Source of the DNA: Eledone cirrhosa
Taxonomy: Eukaryota
DNA length: 64,000 nucleotides
Direction of reading: 5' to 3'
NCBI GenBank assembly: GCA_964016885.1
Contig: OZ024742.1
Span: 215,388,001-215,452,000 of the forward strand
Positions 17,334 through 31,034 of this stretch are shown here, piece by piece (position 1 is the first letter of the stretch; every line of letters starts with the position of its first letter). The notes below the pieces were generated by a model. It saw only the letters and a list, made by a program, of their open reading frames with translations, did not search any database and was not told where the DNA came from. The translations under genes were made by a program, and so were the position numbers.

Positions 17334-19253
17334 CACATAAACACATACACACGCACAAATACATACATACACGCATGCATATATGCATGCATACATAAAT
17401 GCATAAATGCATACAAACATATACACACCTGGTAAGATGATCCTCATGCTGAAGTGATGTGTGTTTTATTGGAAGAGTTCAGTATTCTCGAATCATATGT
17501 CAATGAATTTAACGATTTCCGTTCTATCTTCTAGCAGTATGTAAACATTAGATTTACGAAAGGCTTTTAACGCAATATAATAACTCTATAGCAAGTTGCT
17601 ATTTGAAAGATGTGTTAGCTGTTGTTCCAATAACAACTCCTAAACTACGTGTTGAAATCCTTGCCCGCAGCTTATAGTGCTGCTAATATTGTCCAAATAT
17701 AATTTGCTAAATCACTTATATATTTTTATTCATTTATTTCTGTTTTTCATAAATTTTCTACTATTAAAGCGGCTGATTTGTTCGAACTATGACAAACTGA
17801 TAGTTTTTGTTTATTCTCTCTGCAAGCAGAATAGAATGAATATCTTCAAAAATAAATGCCTAGTATCTTATACCAGTTATTATCGAGTGAAAAATCTGTA
17901 TTTGTATTTTTTATATGTATTTATTTATTATATCATTTTTTAAAATATATTGTGCTTCATATTATTATATCTTATACAGTTTTCATTTTAGGATTTTTTA
18001 AATTAATGTTGTATGTAATAGTTACCTTTTTAATGCTTGTTTTATTGCCTTTTTGTAACAAAAACAATTTGACTATGAAAAGGAATTTGAATATTTCATT
18101 GGAATAATAATAAAATATATTGATTTGGTTTTCTAAAAGCGACTACAAATGAATAGATGAGGAAAATCTCTTCTTTATACGATTGTTTAAGGAAAATCTA
18201 ATATGCTGATACATTATGTGAATCCTGAGAAGAGATGTATTAGTCCTGCGTAGGAATTCTCCCATAACAATGGATTGTACGTAAAGCTAGAGAATATGAA
18301 ATGCACCGTCAAATAGGTTAATGAACATAATATCAGGGTAAATTTTGCCAATGTTATCTGAGTTCATTTAGGTTAAACATATTAAATACTAGCCGCATTT
18401 CAATTCTAAAAGAGAGAAACTGACGTTCAGATACAGCTTATTAACACCAGACTTGTGTAGGGTGGGGGAAAATAATTAAACGAAGAAATATGGAACTTTT
18501 AATTACCTTTTGTTAGAAGAGATCAGGTCACTTGCCTCGGAGGTATGCAACACATTCTCGTTAGAATAATATATAACAAGAAATTGTGTCTGCTTCCACT
18601 GAGATATTAATGAAATAGATTTGCAGAATTGAAGTTTAAATGAATAACGTATTTAAATCAAAAGAAAGTCAGAATAATATATCATCTTAAAGAGCTACAC
18701 CTTTGCAAGTGATAATTACAAAAGGAGCGAAAATCGAGAAATATGTGGAGATTCAACAGCAATTTTGTAAGAAGGGATCAGTCAATAACATCGATCCTAG
18801 TACTTAACTGCTACTACATTTTCTCAATCACCTCCTGGGAAAGATGAAAGATATCGATAATTTTGGTGATATGTTGTACACATGGCGGAATTAGTCCGAA
18901 CAAATACTGCGAAGCATTTTGTCAAACCCTCTAACGATTTTGACTATTTCATATCAACATAAATGTTGCAATTAGATAATATTTAATAGCATCCAGTGCG
19001 TTCATGTACTGAAATGATATAGTTAAGATTTCTTTTATTCTTATGTAATCAACTTGATATTATTCAATGCCGAAATACAGATTGCAGACATTATTTAATC
19101 AAAGATAAATATTTAGCTACATAGAGTGTTACAGTATGTTGTAAAGTGCACACATACACTTGTACACTTTATTACACAGAGGAAAGAACATCATATCGAA
19201 ATATATCTGGATGATAAAACAATGGAACCAGATTTCATGATATCAATATTACT

Positions 19254-19292
<39 letters not shown>

Positions 19293-19313
19293 CCGTATAT
19301 TTAAATACATATG

Positions 19314-19431
<118 letters not shown>

Positions 19432-19942
19432 AATATATATATAAAATCTATAGTTGTGTAGAACGATAGTGTTAAGTGATAGGGTGAGTAGATAACATAA
19501 TACAATGATTAGTTTAGCTACTCATACTTCTGTATTTATATCATGCTGTAATTGATTTACCTTTCATCCGAACACAATTGCGGGTATAAGTGCCACTAAT
19601 ATATTTCAGTTGATGTAATCAGTTATATTATTTCCTTCAACAATTCGATTTTATCTAAATAATGTGTATTGCACGTAATTACACATAATACACAGCATGA
19701 TTAGATTGTTATTATATTATTACCCAATGATATCTATTGATAAACTTTGAAATATGACAAAAAAATCGCTGATATAATCTTACACTATATAGGTATTTCC
19801 ATATTTATTATATTTCAAGTTTAATTTGATTTACTACAATATCTTTTAAGCCGGTGTCGCTAATTTTATGGATAAGTGTTGTTTTTGCTGTTATTGTTGT
19901 TCATGATTAGCCCCTAGTCTGATCGGCTCCCCGTTCTTTTAA

Positions 19943-20406
19943 TCTATATATATAAAACAGAGAATGTCTGTATGTCTGTCTGACTCCCTAAATGTCGAGA
20001 ACCACCCCACCGATTGTTTTCAAACTTTACACATATAATACTTATGTTGCTGTGAGTGCATTGGGCAAATAATATTTCAAATGTTCAATGCTCTAGGGAC
20101 CGCATTAGGCGATTTAGCGATCTCGCTCTATAATTCTTAGACTTTCTATTTAGATAGACACATAGCTACGACGTCGCGCCCTTATAATATCTGTCGGAAT
20201 CTCTGGCTGTCTGGATTACGGCATTATGAAGCTATATGTGTGTGGGTGTGTGTGTGTATGTATATATAGTGTGTATATATATATATAGTGTGTAACGTTT
20301 TTTGAAATATTTACTTCTGCGTTCACAGATTGATTTTTTAGTTTCAGAAGATCCCGTTAAGGGTGAAAGCAGCGATTCTTTGCTTAAACTATAATCTGTT
20401 ATTTTA

Positions 20407-20443
<37 letters not shown>

Positions 20444-20589
20444 TATATTCGTGTACAGATATTTTTGCATACAAAATAACAAAATATAAACAAACGTATT
20501 TATTTCACGAGGCTCGATAAAGATGAATATATATCAAATATATAAGAACCCTAGAGCAAATCCCGAGCAACGCCGGGCCATTCTACTAG
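19943..20589 (+). mobile_element. Non-autonomous Helitron
   Basis: a|TCtatatatataaaa start, subterminal hairpin cccgagcaacgccggg (20562-20577) and CTAG|t end, at an AT target without TSD. Confidence 0.8.
20325..20399 (+). ncRNA. Type I hammerhead-like motif with U4A core change (probably inactive)
   Basis: agttt-CAGAAGA-tccc gttaa gggt-GAAA gca..tgc TT^-aaact, with distal stem acagatt/aatctgt. Confidence 0.65.
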
Positions 20590-21130
20590 TAATATCTATA
20601 ACTACATAGCCTAAACTGTACTTCCGGTTTTTAAGAAGGTAATGTACGTGATAGAATGGTGATTTGGATGGTATTTCCTGCTGGACGAGTGAGTGTGTAG
20701 AGATATATGCGTTGGTTTAAATGAAATGACGCATCTTAGAGGAGATATTCTAGAGAAAATATAGTCGGGTAATTAGTATAGTCAGTAAAACGTGTTTGCA
20801 GTATTTGTTCTGCTTCTCTGCATGCCAAATTTATATCGCATTTGATTTTCATCATTCGGAATAAATAAAATAAACTACTAATCAAATGCATCGAATTTAT
20901 GGATTGCTGTGTGTATGTCGAAATGATTTTTTTTAGTATATCATGCATTATTTACATTCTTACTTCTGGTGAGATTCATTTGAGCCTTCATTCGATTTAA
21001 CACAACCACCAGCCATTGGTTGATTTTAGTGGAGTTACCCTTATAGCAATATATCTGAAAATTTCGTTGGATTCAGGATAACTTCTTCTCGTCCTCCAAC
21101 TCATCCCAAACGCCCTAAAAATAATGCTCC

Positions 21131-21225
<95 letters not shown>

Positions 21226-21233
21226 TCACTGTA

Positions 21234-21313
<80 letters not shown>

Positions 21314-21360
21314 TATAGATTTATATATATATATATATATATACATATGTATATATATAT

Positions 21361-21417
<57 letters not shown>

Positions 21418-21420
21418 TAG

Positions 21421-21618
21421 ATAGATGAGATTCTACAGGACTAGAACTGTTTCATTCTTTAGAAATCATCAGGAATCTCAGAGATTCCTGATGATTTCTA
21501 AAGAATGAAACAGTTCTAGTCCTGTAGAATCTCATCTATATTAAAACGTTTATACTCTGCAATGTATTGAGTACCTTACTTACTGTGGTTACCTCCGATT
21601 CAACCCGGAATAACGTAC
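21421..21618. mobile_element. Mini element: perfect palindrome of two hammerheads plus 3' tail, within (TA)n
   Basis: 59 bp arms 21421-21479 and 21481-21539 with a 1 nt spacer. HHR gagattc-CTGATGA-tttctaaagaat-GAAAC ag..ct GTA^-gaatctc. Same family at 43668-43708, 60297-60530 and 63231-63385. Confidence 0.9.
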
Positions 21619-21690
21619 TATATATATATATATATAATAAAATAAAATAAAATAAATAAGTCGAATGTTTAAAATTTAGCTTCGTTTATT

Positions 21691-21745
21691 ACTGCTATAT
21701 ATATTTCGGTGACAGCCATCTTTGGCTGTGACCTCTTCAGGCAGT
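21691..21745 (-). ncRNA. Type I hammerhead ribozyme
   Basis: actgc-CTGAAGA-ggtcacagcca aaga tggctgtcacc-GAAA tatata TA^-gcagt. All three helices pair. Confidence 0.9.
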
Positions 21746-22266
21746 CCGAATTCGTGTGGTATAGGCAAGTACATATGTTTTTGAGGTGTATAACTTTGTC
21801 AATACTCTGATATGCCCAGTTCCTGGTTGGGTTGTTATTTCACCGAGGAACTGGAATCATAGGTGTTGGTATACAACCAGCATATACTCAAAATCTCTCT
21901 CTATATATATATACATATATATATATATACATATATATACACACACATATATATATATATTAATATATATATATATATATATCATAAATTATGTCTATAG
22001 AATCATCAGATATTAAAATATATACTATTTCTTCTTCTAATTAGCATAATTAACCATATACAAAGTCAAATCTAGCAAGCTTTAAGAATAAATTTTCTTA
22101 TGGGGAAATCTCTGACAAACAATTGATCGTAGCCTCCTCGCGGCAGCCCCGTTCCATTATTTATCCAACATTTCGGCAGCATGCAGAATCCGACCAAATA
22201 TACCATCAACCACACACAATTAGTAGTAAAATTAAACTTAGAAGAAATGCGCACATACCGTAATTA

Positions 22267-22344
22267 TATCTCTACTATGGTTTCTTCCTTATTTAGGACA
22301 TCCAAATAATATGAATTATCCAGAGTTAGGATCATCAGGAGATA
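22267..22344 (-). ncRNA. Type I hammerhead ribozyme with extended helix II
   Basis: tatctc-CTGATGA-tcct...agga a-GAAAC cata GTA^-gagata. The inverted partial copy has palindromic ACCATGGT near 22955. Confidence 0.8.
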
Positions 22345-23246
22345 AACTCAAAATCAGACATTTAGTTTTTCTAACCGATCGCGCCAAATTTAGATTCAAA
22401 AATGGCTAAAATCGCTATGTAGCTGTGTACCAGCCAGAGAGAAAGCGTGTGATTGGTTGCTTACGGCGGGTAGGCTTGCTGCTAGAAAGCGCAGCCATAT
22501 ATCGCCAAATTTAATCTCAACCAATTGGGAGATTATTAAATATAAAGGTTATCACATACATAAAATTAAATTAAAGATATATATATGTTGCAACTGTTCA
22601 CTTTTAAGCTCAATGAAGAATTAATAAATTAAAATCAAAAATCAGAGCATTATATCATAAATTATGACTATAGAATCATCAGATATTAAAATATATACTA
22701 TTTCTTCTTCTAATTAGCATAATTAACCATATACAAAGTCAAATCTAGCAAGCTTTAAGAATAAATTTTCTTATGGGGAAATCTCTGACAAACAATTGAT
22801 CGAAGCCTCTTCGCGGCAGCCCCGTTCCATTATTTATCCAACATTTCGGCAGCATGCAGAATCCGACCAAATATACCATCAACCACACACAATTAGTAGT
22901 AAAATTAAACTAACTGGATAATTCATATTATTTGGATGTCCTAAATAAGGAAGAAACCATGGTAGAGATATAATTACGGTATGTGCACATTTCTTCTAAG
23001 TTTAATTTTACTACTAATTGTGTGTGGTTGATGGTATATTTGGTCGGATTCTGCATGCTGCCGAAATGTTGGATAAATAATGGAACGGGGCTGCCGCGAA
23101 GAGGCTACGATCAATTGTTTGTCAGAGATTTCCCCATAAGAAAATATATTCTTAAAGCTTGCTAGATTTGACTTTCTATATGGTTAATTATGCTAATTAG
23201 AAGAAGAAATAGTATATATTTTAATATCTGATGATTCTATAGACAT

Positions 23247-23421
23247 AATTGTTTCTACTTTAGGCACAAGGCCAGCAATTACCCAGTGCATTACTGGTAC
23301 TTTATTTTATCGACCCCGTAAGGATGAAAGGCAAAGTCAACCTCGGCGGGATTTGAACTCAGATCGTAAAGGGACGTAACTATGCTGGAAAGCATGGCGT
23401 CCGACCCTCTACCGATACTGC
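23247..23421 (-). mobile_element. tRNA-headed SINE
   Basis: Reverse complement of the 7537-7750 family. Confidence 0.88.
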
Positions 23422-23533
23422 ATGATATAATGCTCTGATTTTTTGATTTTAATTTATTAATTCTTCATCGAGCTTAAAAGTGAACAGTTGCAACATATAT
23501 ATATCTTTAATTTAATTTTATGTATGTGATAAC

Positions 23534-23619
<86 letters not shown>

Positions 23620-23825
23620 ATAAATACTTTAAAACATATTGCTACTGAGATAAGATTTAATGAGAGGCCTCATAAAACGTGACTTCGATTGAGATGTTAG
23701 CCTGCCTTTTGTAGACAATATATATACTAGATTAAATCTTCATTGCATGTTAACTCAATCTTTTCAATTATACACAACTTTTATATATCGAATCGATGCA
23801 TAACTTACCACTACATTTAAATATT

Positions 23826-24004
23826 TGTTTCTACTTTAGGCACAAGGCCAGCAATTACCCAGTGCATTACTGGTACTTCATGTTATCGATCCCGTAAGGA
23901 TGAAAGGCAAAGTCAACCTCGGCGGGATTTGAACTCAGATCGTAAAGGGACGTAACTATGCTGGAAAGCATGGCGTCCGGCCCTCTACGGATACTGCCAA
24001 TCCA
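23826..24004 (-). mobile_element. tRNA-headed SINE
   Basis: Near-identical to 23247-23421. Confidence 0.88.
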
Positions 24005-25228
24005 ATTGACGTTGAATTTGATTTCACAGAACAGAGAAAATAGGTAACATTACACTAATATGTCTATACAATCGATAGTGAGAAAACCGCGTTTATTTGT
24101 TTTGTAAAAGTTGTTCAATACATCTCTTCGACTGTGGCATCACACACTTTAAATGATGAAATATTTAACACTAAATTTGCATCAGGCTATATGTTTCTTT
24201 CTCACTTGAAACTAACTACCAAGAAAATAGAATATATTAATTGCATCATGAACACTATGCATTATTCGACTGGGGTTTATATAAGTTTGTGGCAATGATT
24301 TTATCTACAAAGTATTATTATGAATTAAAGATTAACAAGAGAAAATTAGAAATACGATTTCATAATAGATATATCGCAAATCTGACAGCATTCTACTGTC
24401 TTTAGATAACATTAGTCTTCGTGATTAGTAATATAACTGGCGTTTCCTGTTTCTAGTAAAATTGTATGATTCCTCGCGTCTGCTGTACAAACTGATTGGA
24501 TTGTTGGTTGAGAGTGAATCTAATTATATCGTAGATACGGAGCAGAAACAGGAAACTAACGATGACGAGTTTAGTAAAAACATTTCACAAGCCGGAAAAT
24601 ATGAATTCCTTGTTATCAAGTAAATTACATAATAAATTAGCAAGTGTGTTAAGCTGTTGCAGACACACACCAAGAATAATCATAAATATACCAAGAATAA
24701 CCGTAAATATACGTTTATAGATTTCATTTAGAGTTTTTATATGCGCGTGCGTATAAATGTGTGTGTATCTGTACATGATTAGAACTGAATGTGTGTGGTT
24801 GAGTATGCGCGTATACTTGTTCATATGTGTGAGTGGGCTTACGATTATGAGCATTTTCATGGAAACTTGCACATGTCTGTATGTTTATATTTGCATATAT
24901 GTATGTGTGTGTGGATGTATGCATGGATCATATTCGTTGGACACATTAATAAGACAAGGGACTAGTGAATAGGAGAATTGAGCGATGGGGAAAACATTTT
25001 GTACTATTTAGCTACATCAGTGTGTAGTTCATACTTCAATACTTAATTAGATCGACTGCTTTTCATCAACAAAAGTCTATAGAATAATTGAAGGCCATTA
25101 TAATGTATCTACTCCTGAATTAACATATGTGTCCAACAGGTACGTACCATAGAAGTTATCATTAAAGTGTATCATATAATGAATTCAAAAAATATAATAT
25201 AACATTATATATATATATATGTGTGTGT

Positions 25229-25268
<40 letters not shown>

Positions 25269-25669
25269 TGTGAGTATGTGTGTGTGTGGTGTGAGTGTGT
25301 ATGTGCGTATGCGCGCGCGCGCGTATGTGTGTGTGTGGTGTGAGTGTGTGTGTGCGTATGCGCGCGCGCGCACGTGTGTGTGTTTATGTGTGTGTATCTG
25401 TGTATGTATATAATAGATAGGTGCGTAATGATATTTGCAATCGACCTTCCTGTCTGAATGAAGTTCCAAAGGTCCGTCACGTGTAGAATATATAATTCCC
25501 TGTAGGTGTCGGCCGATTTGGCCTGAAAATCGCTAGATAAGTTTACGTCATCAGCTTCCAGTGATTAATATGTTTGTTCGTAAACATACCGTATACTGCT
25601 AGATATAAAATAAACATATACTTGTATGTATACAGCTATGTTGGAGCGAATGCCTTAATCATATATGTT

Positions 25670-25700
<31 letters not shown>

Positions 25701-25786
25701 GTTTATGTGTATATATATATATATGTGGAAAAAGCGAAACGAAATTTCATTTCTCACTCTTAGTACGGCTGTTACTTACATACATA

Positions 25787-25830
<44 letters not shown>

Positions 25831-25959
25831 CAAAGGGATATTTAATTTGTTGGTAATTCAACAAATGTATTTATAACAGATTCGAAGCACTCGACAGATT
25901 TTCGGAAATATAATATCAATGATATTAATAAATGGAAACTATGTTTATAAAACCATAAT

Positions 25960-26020
25960 TATTCTATTATATATATTTCAAGGATACCAACATTTTGGTA
26001 CGCGCTCATCAGATAAAATA
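25960..26020 (-). ncRNA. Type I hammerhead ribozyme in a ~230 bp (TA)n-abutting element (25828-26050)
   Basis: tattttat-CTGATGA-gcgc gtaccaa aatg ttggtat cctt-GAAA tatata TA^-atagaata. Homologous to the 50.5 kb and 59.8 kb elements. Confidence 0.8.
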
Positions 26021-26577
26021 CAAAGTTTGTTTTATAAATATTGACATAGCCATAAATGAGACAGTTCAAGTTTCACCTGGATAGTGAAAGGAAAGAGGAA
26101 AAAGAGGAAGAGAGGAAAAAACAAATATTTCAAATTATTTTGATGAATATGCAAATGAGGTTGAGGCCGAGGGCTGAAAAACACTTTATTTTTAGACGCT
26201 AGGTACATTTAAATAATTATTAGAATATATATATATATATATACGTATATATATATAGGAAGAAGAAAGAAAATAGATTTGTTTAAAGACATAAAATTAA
26301 AACATAAGAAAAATTTTATTCAAATGGATATTTCAAATTACTACTCCTCTATTACTTAATAAGGCACTTAATTACGCTTCTAAAAATACTGACCTATCCA
26401 TCACGGATGATGGATAGTCCCCGCTTCTCTTTCCAATTTTAACTTCATATGTATCACAGCTGCAACAACACAACACGCCATTTTTCATTTCAACATCGGT
26501 GAAGTTGGCACCCTTAACTCACAGTTGGGTGCGGATGCATTCATGTATATATGTGTGCGTCCGCATGTATCTGTGTG

Positions 26578-26672
<95 letters not shown>

Positions 26673-29366
26673 GGTGTAACCGATATAGTGAAGAAGTGGA
26701 GGAACCAGCCATCAGCTACTACACCCGGAAATTCTCTCTAAGATGGGGACTGATTACGGACATATAGTTATAAATTAACTTTCGACCGGATACATAAGCC
26801 GGCTTGAAAGCAACGTAAAACCACTTATTTTCCTGCAACAACTTGCATTTTGCACAGAGGCTTTGAACAGAAGCCCCCTTACATCATCCGATAACAAACT
26901 TTTCTATGCACTTTACATGGACGAAATTGAGAAGCATTTTTACCACTTCCCTCTCCCATTTTGTACTTTTTGTTTTGATTCATGTGATAGAAGAAAATAT
27001 TAACTATTTATTTGCCTTACTACGTTTCATACTGTAATTCTACTTTACGGTACTATCGTTCAAATGTTATTCAAAAATGGTTATTTTCATAAGAGCTGTA
27101 TTAAACCTCCGAGTATTTAGCAGACTCTCGTAACATTTCTGAGGCCCCGCCTTTGATTCCTATGCGTAGATTGTTGGGCAGGAATATCTTACCACAGAGC
27201 GGATCTGAGGAGACATAATCTGTGTGAAAGCACCATCACATGGACTGTAATACATGTACTGTCTCCAAAATCAAAACCTAATCACGAACTGGCTCATGTT
27301 ACTTGAAGTCGAGAAATACCTTAATGGTACAAATAATTGTGGAATACTCAGTCACTAACACTCTAATTCAACGAGGGGGCAATTCTCGTGTTCGAAAAAT
27401 TGTCGAAACCGATGGAGATAAACCTATGCATATTTTATTCATGTGACAGTTAAATAGATAACCGAAAGTGGTTGCATGGCTGAAGAAGCTGGTTTACATT
27501 ATCAACTGGTGTATTTACTGGTATTGTTATTGGACACATAAGTCAAATCTTAGTAGAAAAATGCCTATTTTCTTTTACAACTACAATCATTAACTCACAG
27601 TTCTAAATGTTACTCCGTATATTAAGTAGTTTGTTACATCTTTGTTCTAGGGGATTACAATATTAAAATTGCTACAGTTATATGAATATAATTAATATAG
27701 CATATGATAATAAAAGTTGAAACACCCACATTAGAGAGAAGGTAAAATAGATACCGTTGTCCGTGAAATTATTTTAGTTTTGTATATACATAGGAAAGAA
27801 GCCCAACTGAATGAATGATGTATACAGTATTGAGTTTGCAGTTTAGAACAAATACGTCGCCTGAATACTATTGTACAAACGTAATACACCGTTTTAAATT
27901 AAAATAGCGTAGTTACCCTTATAGTAATTGCATCCTTTGCAGATGTCTATTGATCTGAATATTTGCTGACATGTCGTATGTGTATAAAACTTTCCGAACG
28001 TGGGATACTTTTATGACTGGTTCAAAGGTTAATACCTTTTTAAAGGTGAAATGAAAGTTCATTCATGATATATTATAAAGAAATGTGTTCAAGTACCCGA
28101 TTTGAATGTTGGATCTTTATTGCACAGACAAAGCTTATAAAAAGATATGTGAAGTTGAACACAGCTTCATAGCGTCCTTCTGTGTAAAATATATTAATTT
28201 AGAAATTGTAACTTCTTCGCTATTGCGATACAAGAAGATATGGAAATTCTATCACCGTATTATTTTTGTTCCTTATAGCATAAATAGTGTGGGTTTCAAT
28301 GTTTTCGTTGGAAACATGTTGAGTGTACATTTGCAGGAGATATCTGTGTGGTTTTTAATGTTTCTTTTTTCCAAAGGCAACTAATGGGTCAGGGAATGAC
28401 ATAAGACATTTGTATTTAGACACAATGTGAAAAAAAAAGGAAATTGTACGAGGGTCTACGTCTGGGGACAAATAATCACTCCTATTTAATTATGTCCATA
28501 TCAGAGGAGTGAGGCAGTGGCATGTGAATATTATGGAGAGTGGTGCAACGTAAAAATATAGAGGAACAGATCAGGAATCAAGAAGAACTTTGGAAGGTAT
28601 TATATGACACTTACATTATAAGAGTTTATATTGTTAGTGTCATATAATGTGTAATGTGTAGATTGTATAATGTAATTTTACAATGGTAGTGTGGTATCAT
28701 TTGTTAATTTAGTGCGGTCAGAGGGTAGGATGTAGAACGAATATGACACCAATGTATGGAAAATATTGAAATATTCACAAGATCTCCATGAACATATAGA
28801 GGTTGTCCTCCAAGAAGTTTCAGAACGGATCACCTGATGTATATAGATTTAGAATATATATCCATGCTTATTATCCGATGAAAAACGGTGCAAGAGAATC
28901 TAGGTAGATATATAAATTAACATTGTGAAATCAACTGAGTCTTATAATGCAAAAGTAGAAGTATACTAATTGTCTCAATATTTTATTCAAGTCATTGACT
29001 TGTAACAATAATTAATAATTGAAAGAATGTAAATTAATTCGTCTGTATGGAGAATCCGATGAAAGATTAAATATGGCACAAAGCCTAAATATAGTTGGGG
29101 GATTTCCAGTAAATCAATAATTCATTTTAAACAAGAAAGCTATAATCCAATAAGAGTTCAATATAAAGAAAGTAGTGATTAGTCATACTCCTGAAACTCA
29201 CGTAAATATCTAAACAATCCTGTTATGTTTAATAATTTATTAATTTTAGTTTATATTTGTCATTATAAAGGTGAGATAATGAAGTATTTAAGTCGTAAAG
29301 CAACAACTGCTTCTGGGTGATCAATTAGAATTATTTGCAGTTTTTACATAATACAACAAATCACGT

Positions 29367-29570
29367 CTAACTCAAGGTTACCTCTCTTAGCGTGCGCGAA
29401 AATACAAACGTGATACTTCTCACGTAGTTTGGGGCCGTTTTTCTATTCCTCAACCATTTGAAACTCCTTTCCGTTGCCTCTGATATGGCCTTTAAGGCTT
29501 TGGTGCTTGTCTCTTCAGAGACGGAAAGTTGTTTCATGAGAGTGTAGACAAATTTGTCCACAAAGGCTCT
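29367..29570 (-). mobile_element. 3' end of a HERO-like (restriction-like endonuclease) non-LTR retrotransposon
   Basis: LRAFVDKFVYTLMKQL....KALKAISEATERSFKWLRNR resembles the RGF...S...LG...I.EA.E..S.WLW..R C-terminus of HERO elements (recalled, not searched). Confidence 0.55.
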
Positions 29571-30931
29571 CAACAACCATTGTCTTGATAAAAACTTAAT
29601 TTACGAATGTAAAGTTATAACTGACACCAATTCCTTCACCTATTTTGGCTCCACTGCCACCTCCTTTAAAGCTCGTCTTTATAATCATCATTCGTCTTTT
29701 AAATATAAACTTAAAAGAACCAACACGGCTCTCTCAGAACTCATATGGTCCTTGAAAGACAAAAATATTAAATATAACATCTCTTGGAAAAAGGTTTCCT
29801 CTGCTTCTTGAACAGTTCTCTGAAATCTCTGTCTAAATGAAAAATTTACCATTATATCTAATTTAGATTCTATAATAAATAGACGCACTGACTTTTTTTC
29901 TATCTGCTTGCATAAATTCCACAGAACTTTCCATAAAGTATACAGCTAATATCCTAAACTTTATCAATTCAGAATCCTTTTCTCAAAGGCACATATATAA
30001 ATATATACTTCTTTAAAAATATACCCACCTTTCTACCTTATTTCAATATTATTTATTATATTCTATATCACTCCTATTCATCACTTCCCTTTCTGCCTTT
30101 TCCTTTTCTTTTCTTTTTCTTTTAATTTCTAACCCCTAATCTGTACCTTTTCTCACTGTGCCTAACATAGAAACAATTATTACACAATACACTATATTCT
30201 TACTTTATATCACCTTTAAAAAATCCTTCGTAAACATAAACATTTTTTTTTTACGTTAGATTATTCATCCTCTATTCATTATTTTTTCTCACTTTCATCT
30301 AACTTATTCATGCTCATCTCACAATATATCCTTACTTACATTACTTTTGTTTTTTTTTAATAATACATATCAACATTTTCTTTCCATCGCACATATTATT
30401 AAACCCTTAAATATTATTCTTAATACATATTAACAATTTCTTTTCATCGCACATATTATTAAACCCTACAATATACAAACCTTAACTTTACATTATTTTT
30501 CTCTTCGTTAATTTTCAAATTCTTTTAATTTATACATTATCTTCCAACGGTTTTTCAACCTCTCTATGTAAAACAATATATTTTTCTCAGTTATAAAAGC
30601 TATCTCTCTCTCTCTCTATCACCCATCTCTCCTCCTATCTCATCCTTCCTATTATACTCCTCCCCCTCCACTTTTTACTCTCAACTCCTCCTCTTTTTCA
30701 TCCTTTCCACTCCCCCCCCCCCTCAAAAAAAATGTTTCCCCAATATCACACATCAATCTAAACCTACTTCTCATATGTTGATTTAAAACTGCACTATCCA
30801 CAAGTGTTTTTAAACTTCATATCATGTCCTCCTATTTTATCTGATGAAAACACAAATGTTATTGCATGATGATATTTGTTTTTGAAATGCGCATAATAAA
30901 ATACATGGAACTCATTTAACCATCTTTTGAT

Positions 30932-30933
<2 letters not shown>
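29569..30933 (+). mobile_element. 5'-truncated Penelope-like element (Naiad-like): GIY-YIG endonuclease, 3' UTR and hammerhead
   Basis: CLDKNLIYECKV...YFGST...FKARLYNH...W..*NLCLNEK...CLH, frame ending at TAA 29947-29949. HHR at 30833-30903, then (TA)n. Confidence 0.85.
30833..30903 (+). ncRNA. Type I hammerhead ribozyme at PLE 3' end
   Basis: tattttat-CTGATGA-long helix II-GAAA tgcgca TA^-ataaaata. Palindromic helix III ATGCGCAT. Confidence 0.9.
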
Positions 30934-31001
<68 letters not shown>

Positions 31002-31034
31002 AAGAAATTAAAAGATGGGTAATAATATTCCATA

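Larger units (their letters stand above)
21982..23537. mobile_element. ~674 bp HHR-containing unit: ~1.4 tandem copies followed by an inverted copy, interrupted by a SINE
   Basis: 21982-22240 is repeated at 22656-22911. 22912-23250 is the reverse complement of ~21983-22322, and 23422-23537 of ~22543-22658. (TA)n flanks. Confidence 0.88.

Noticed and set aside
22072-23165. Duplicated 60 aa ORFs (22072-22254 and 22983-23165)
   Set aside because: They arise from the inverted repeat, start at GTG and show no recognisable motif.
25460-25560. CTGATGA on the minus strand with gaag/cttc stem
   Set aside because: No GAAA strand or NUH site in register.
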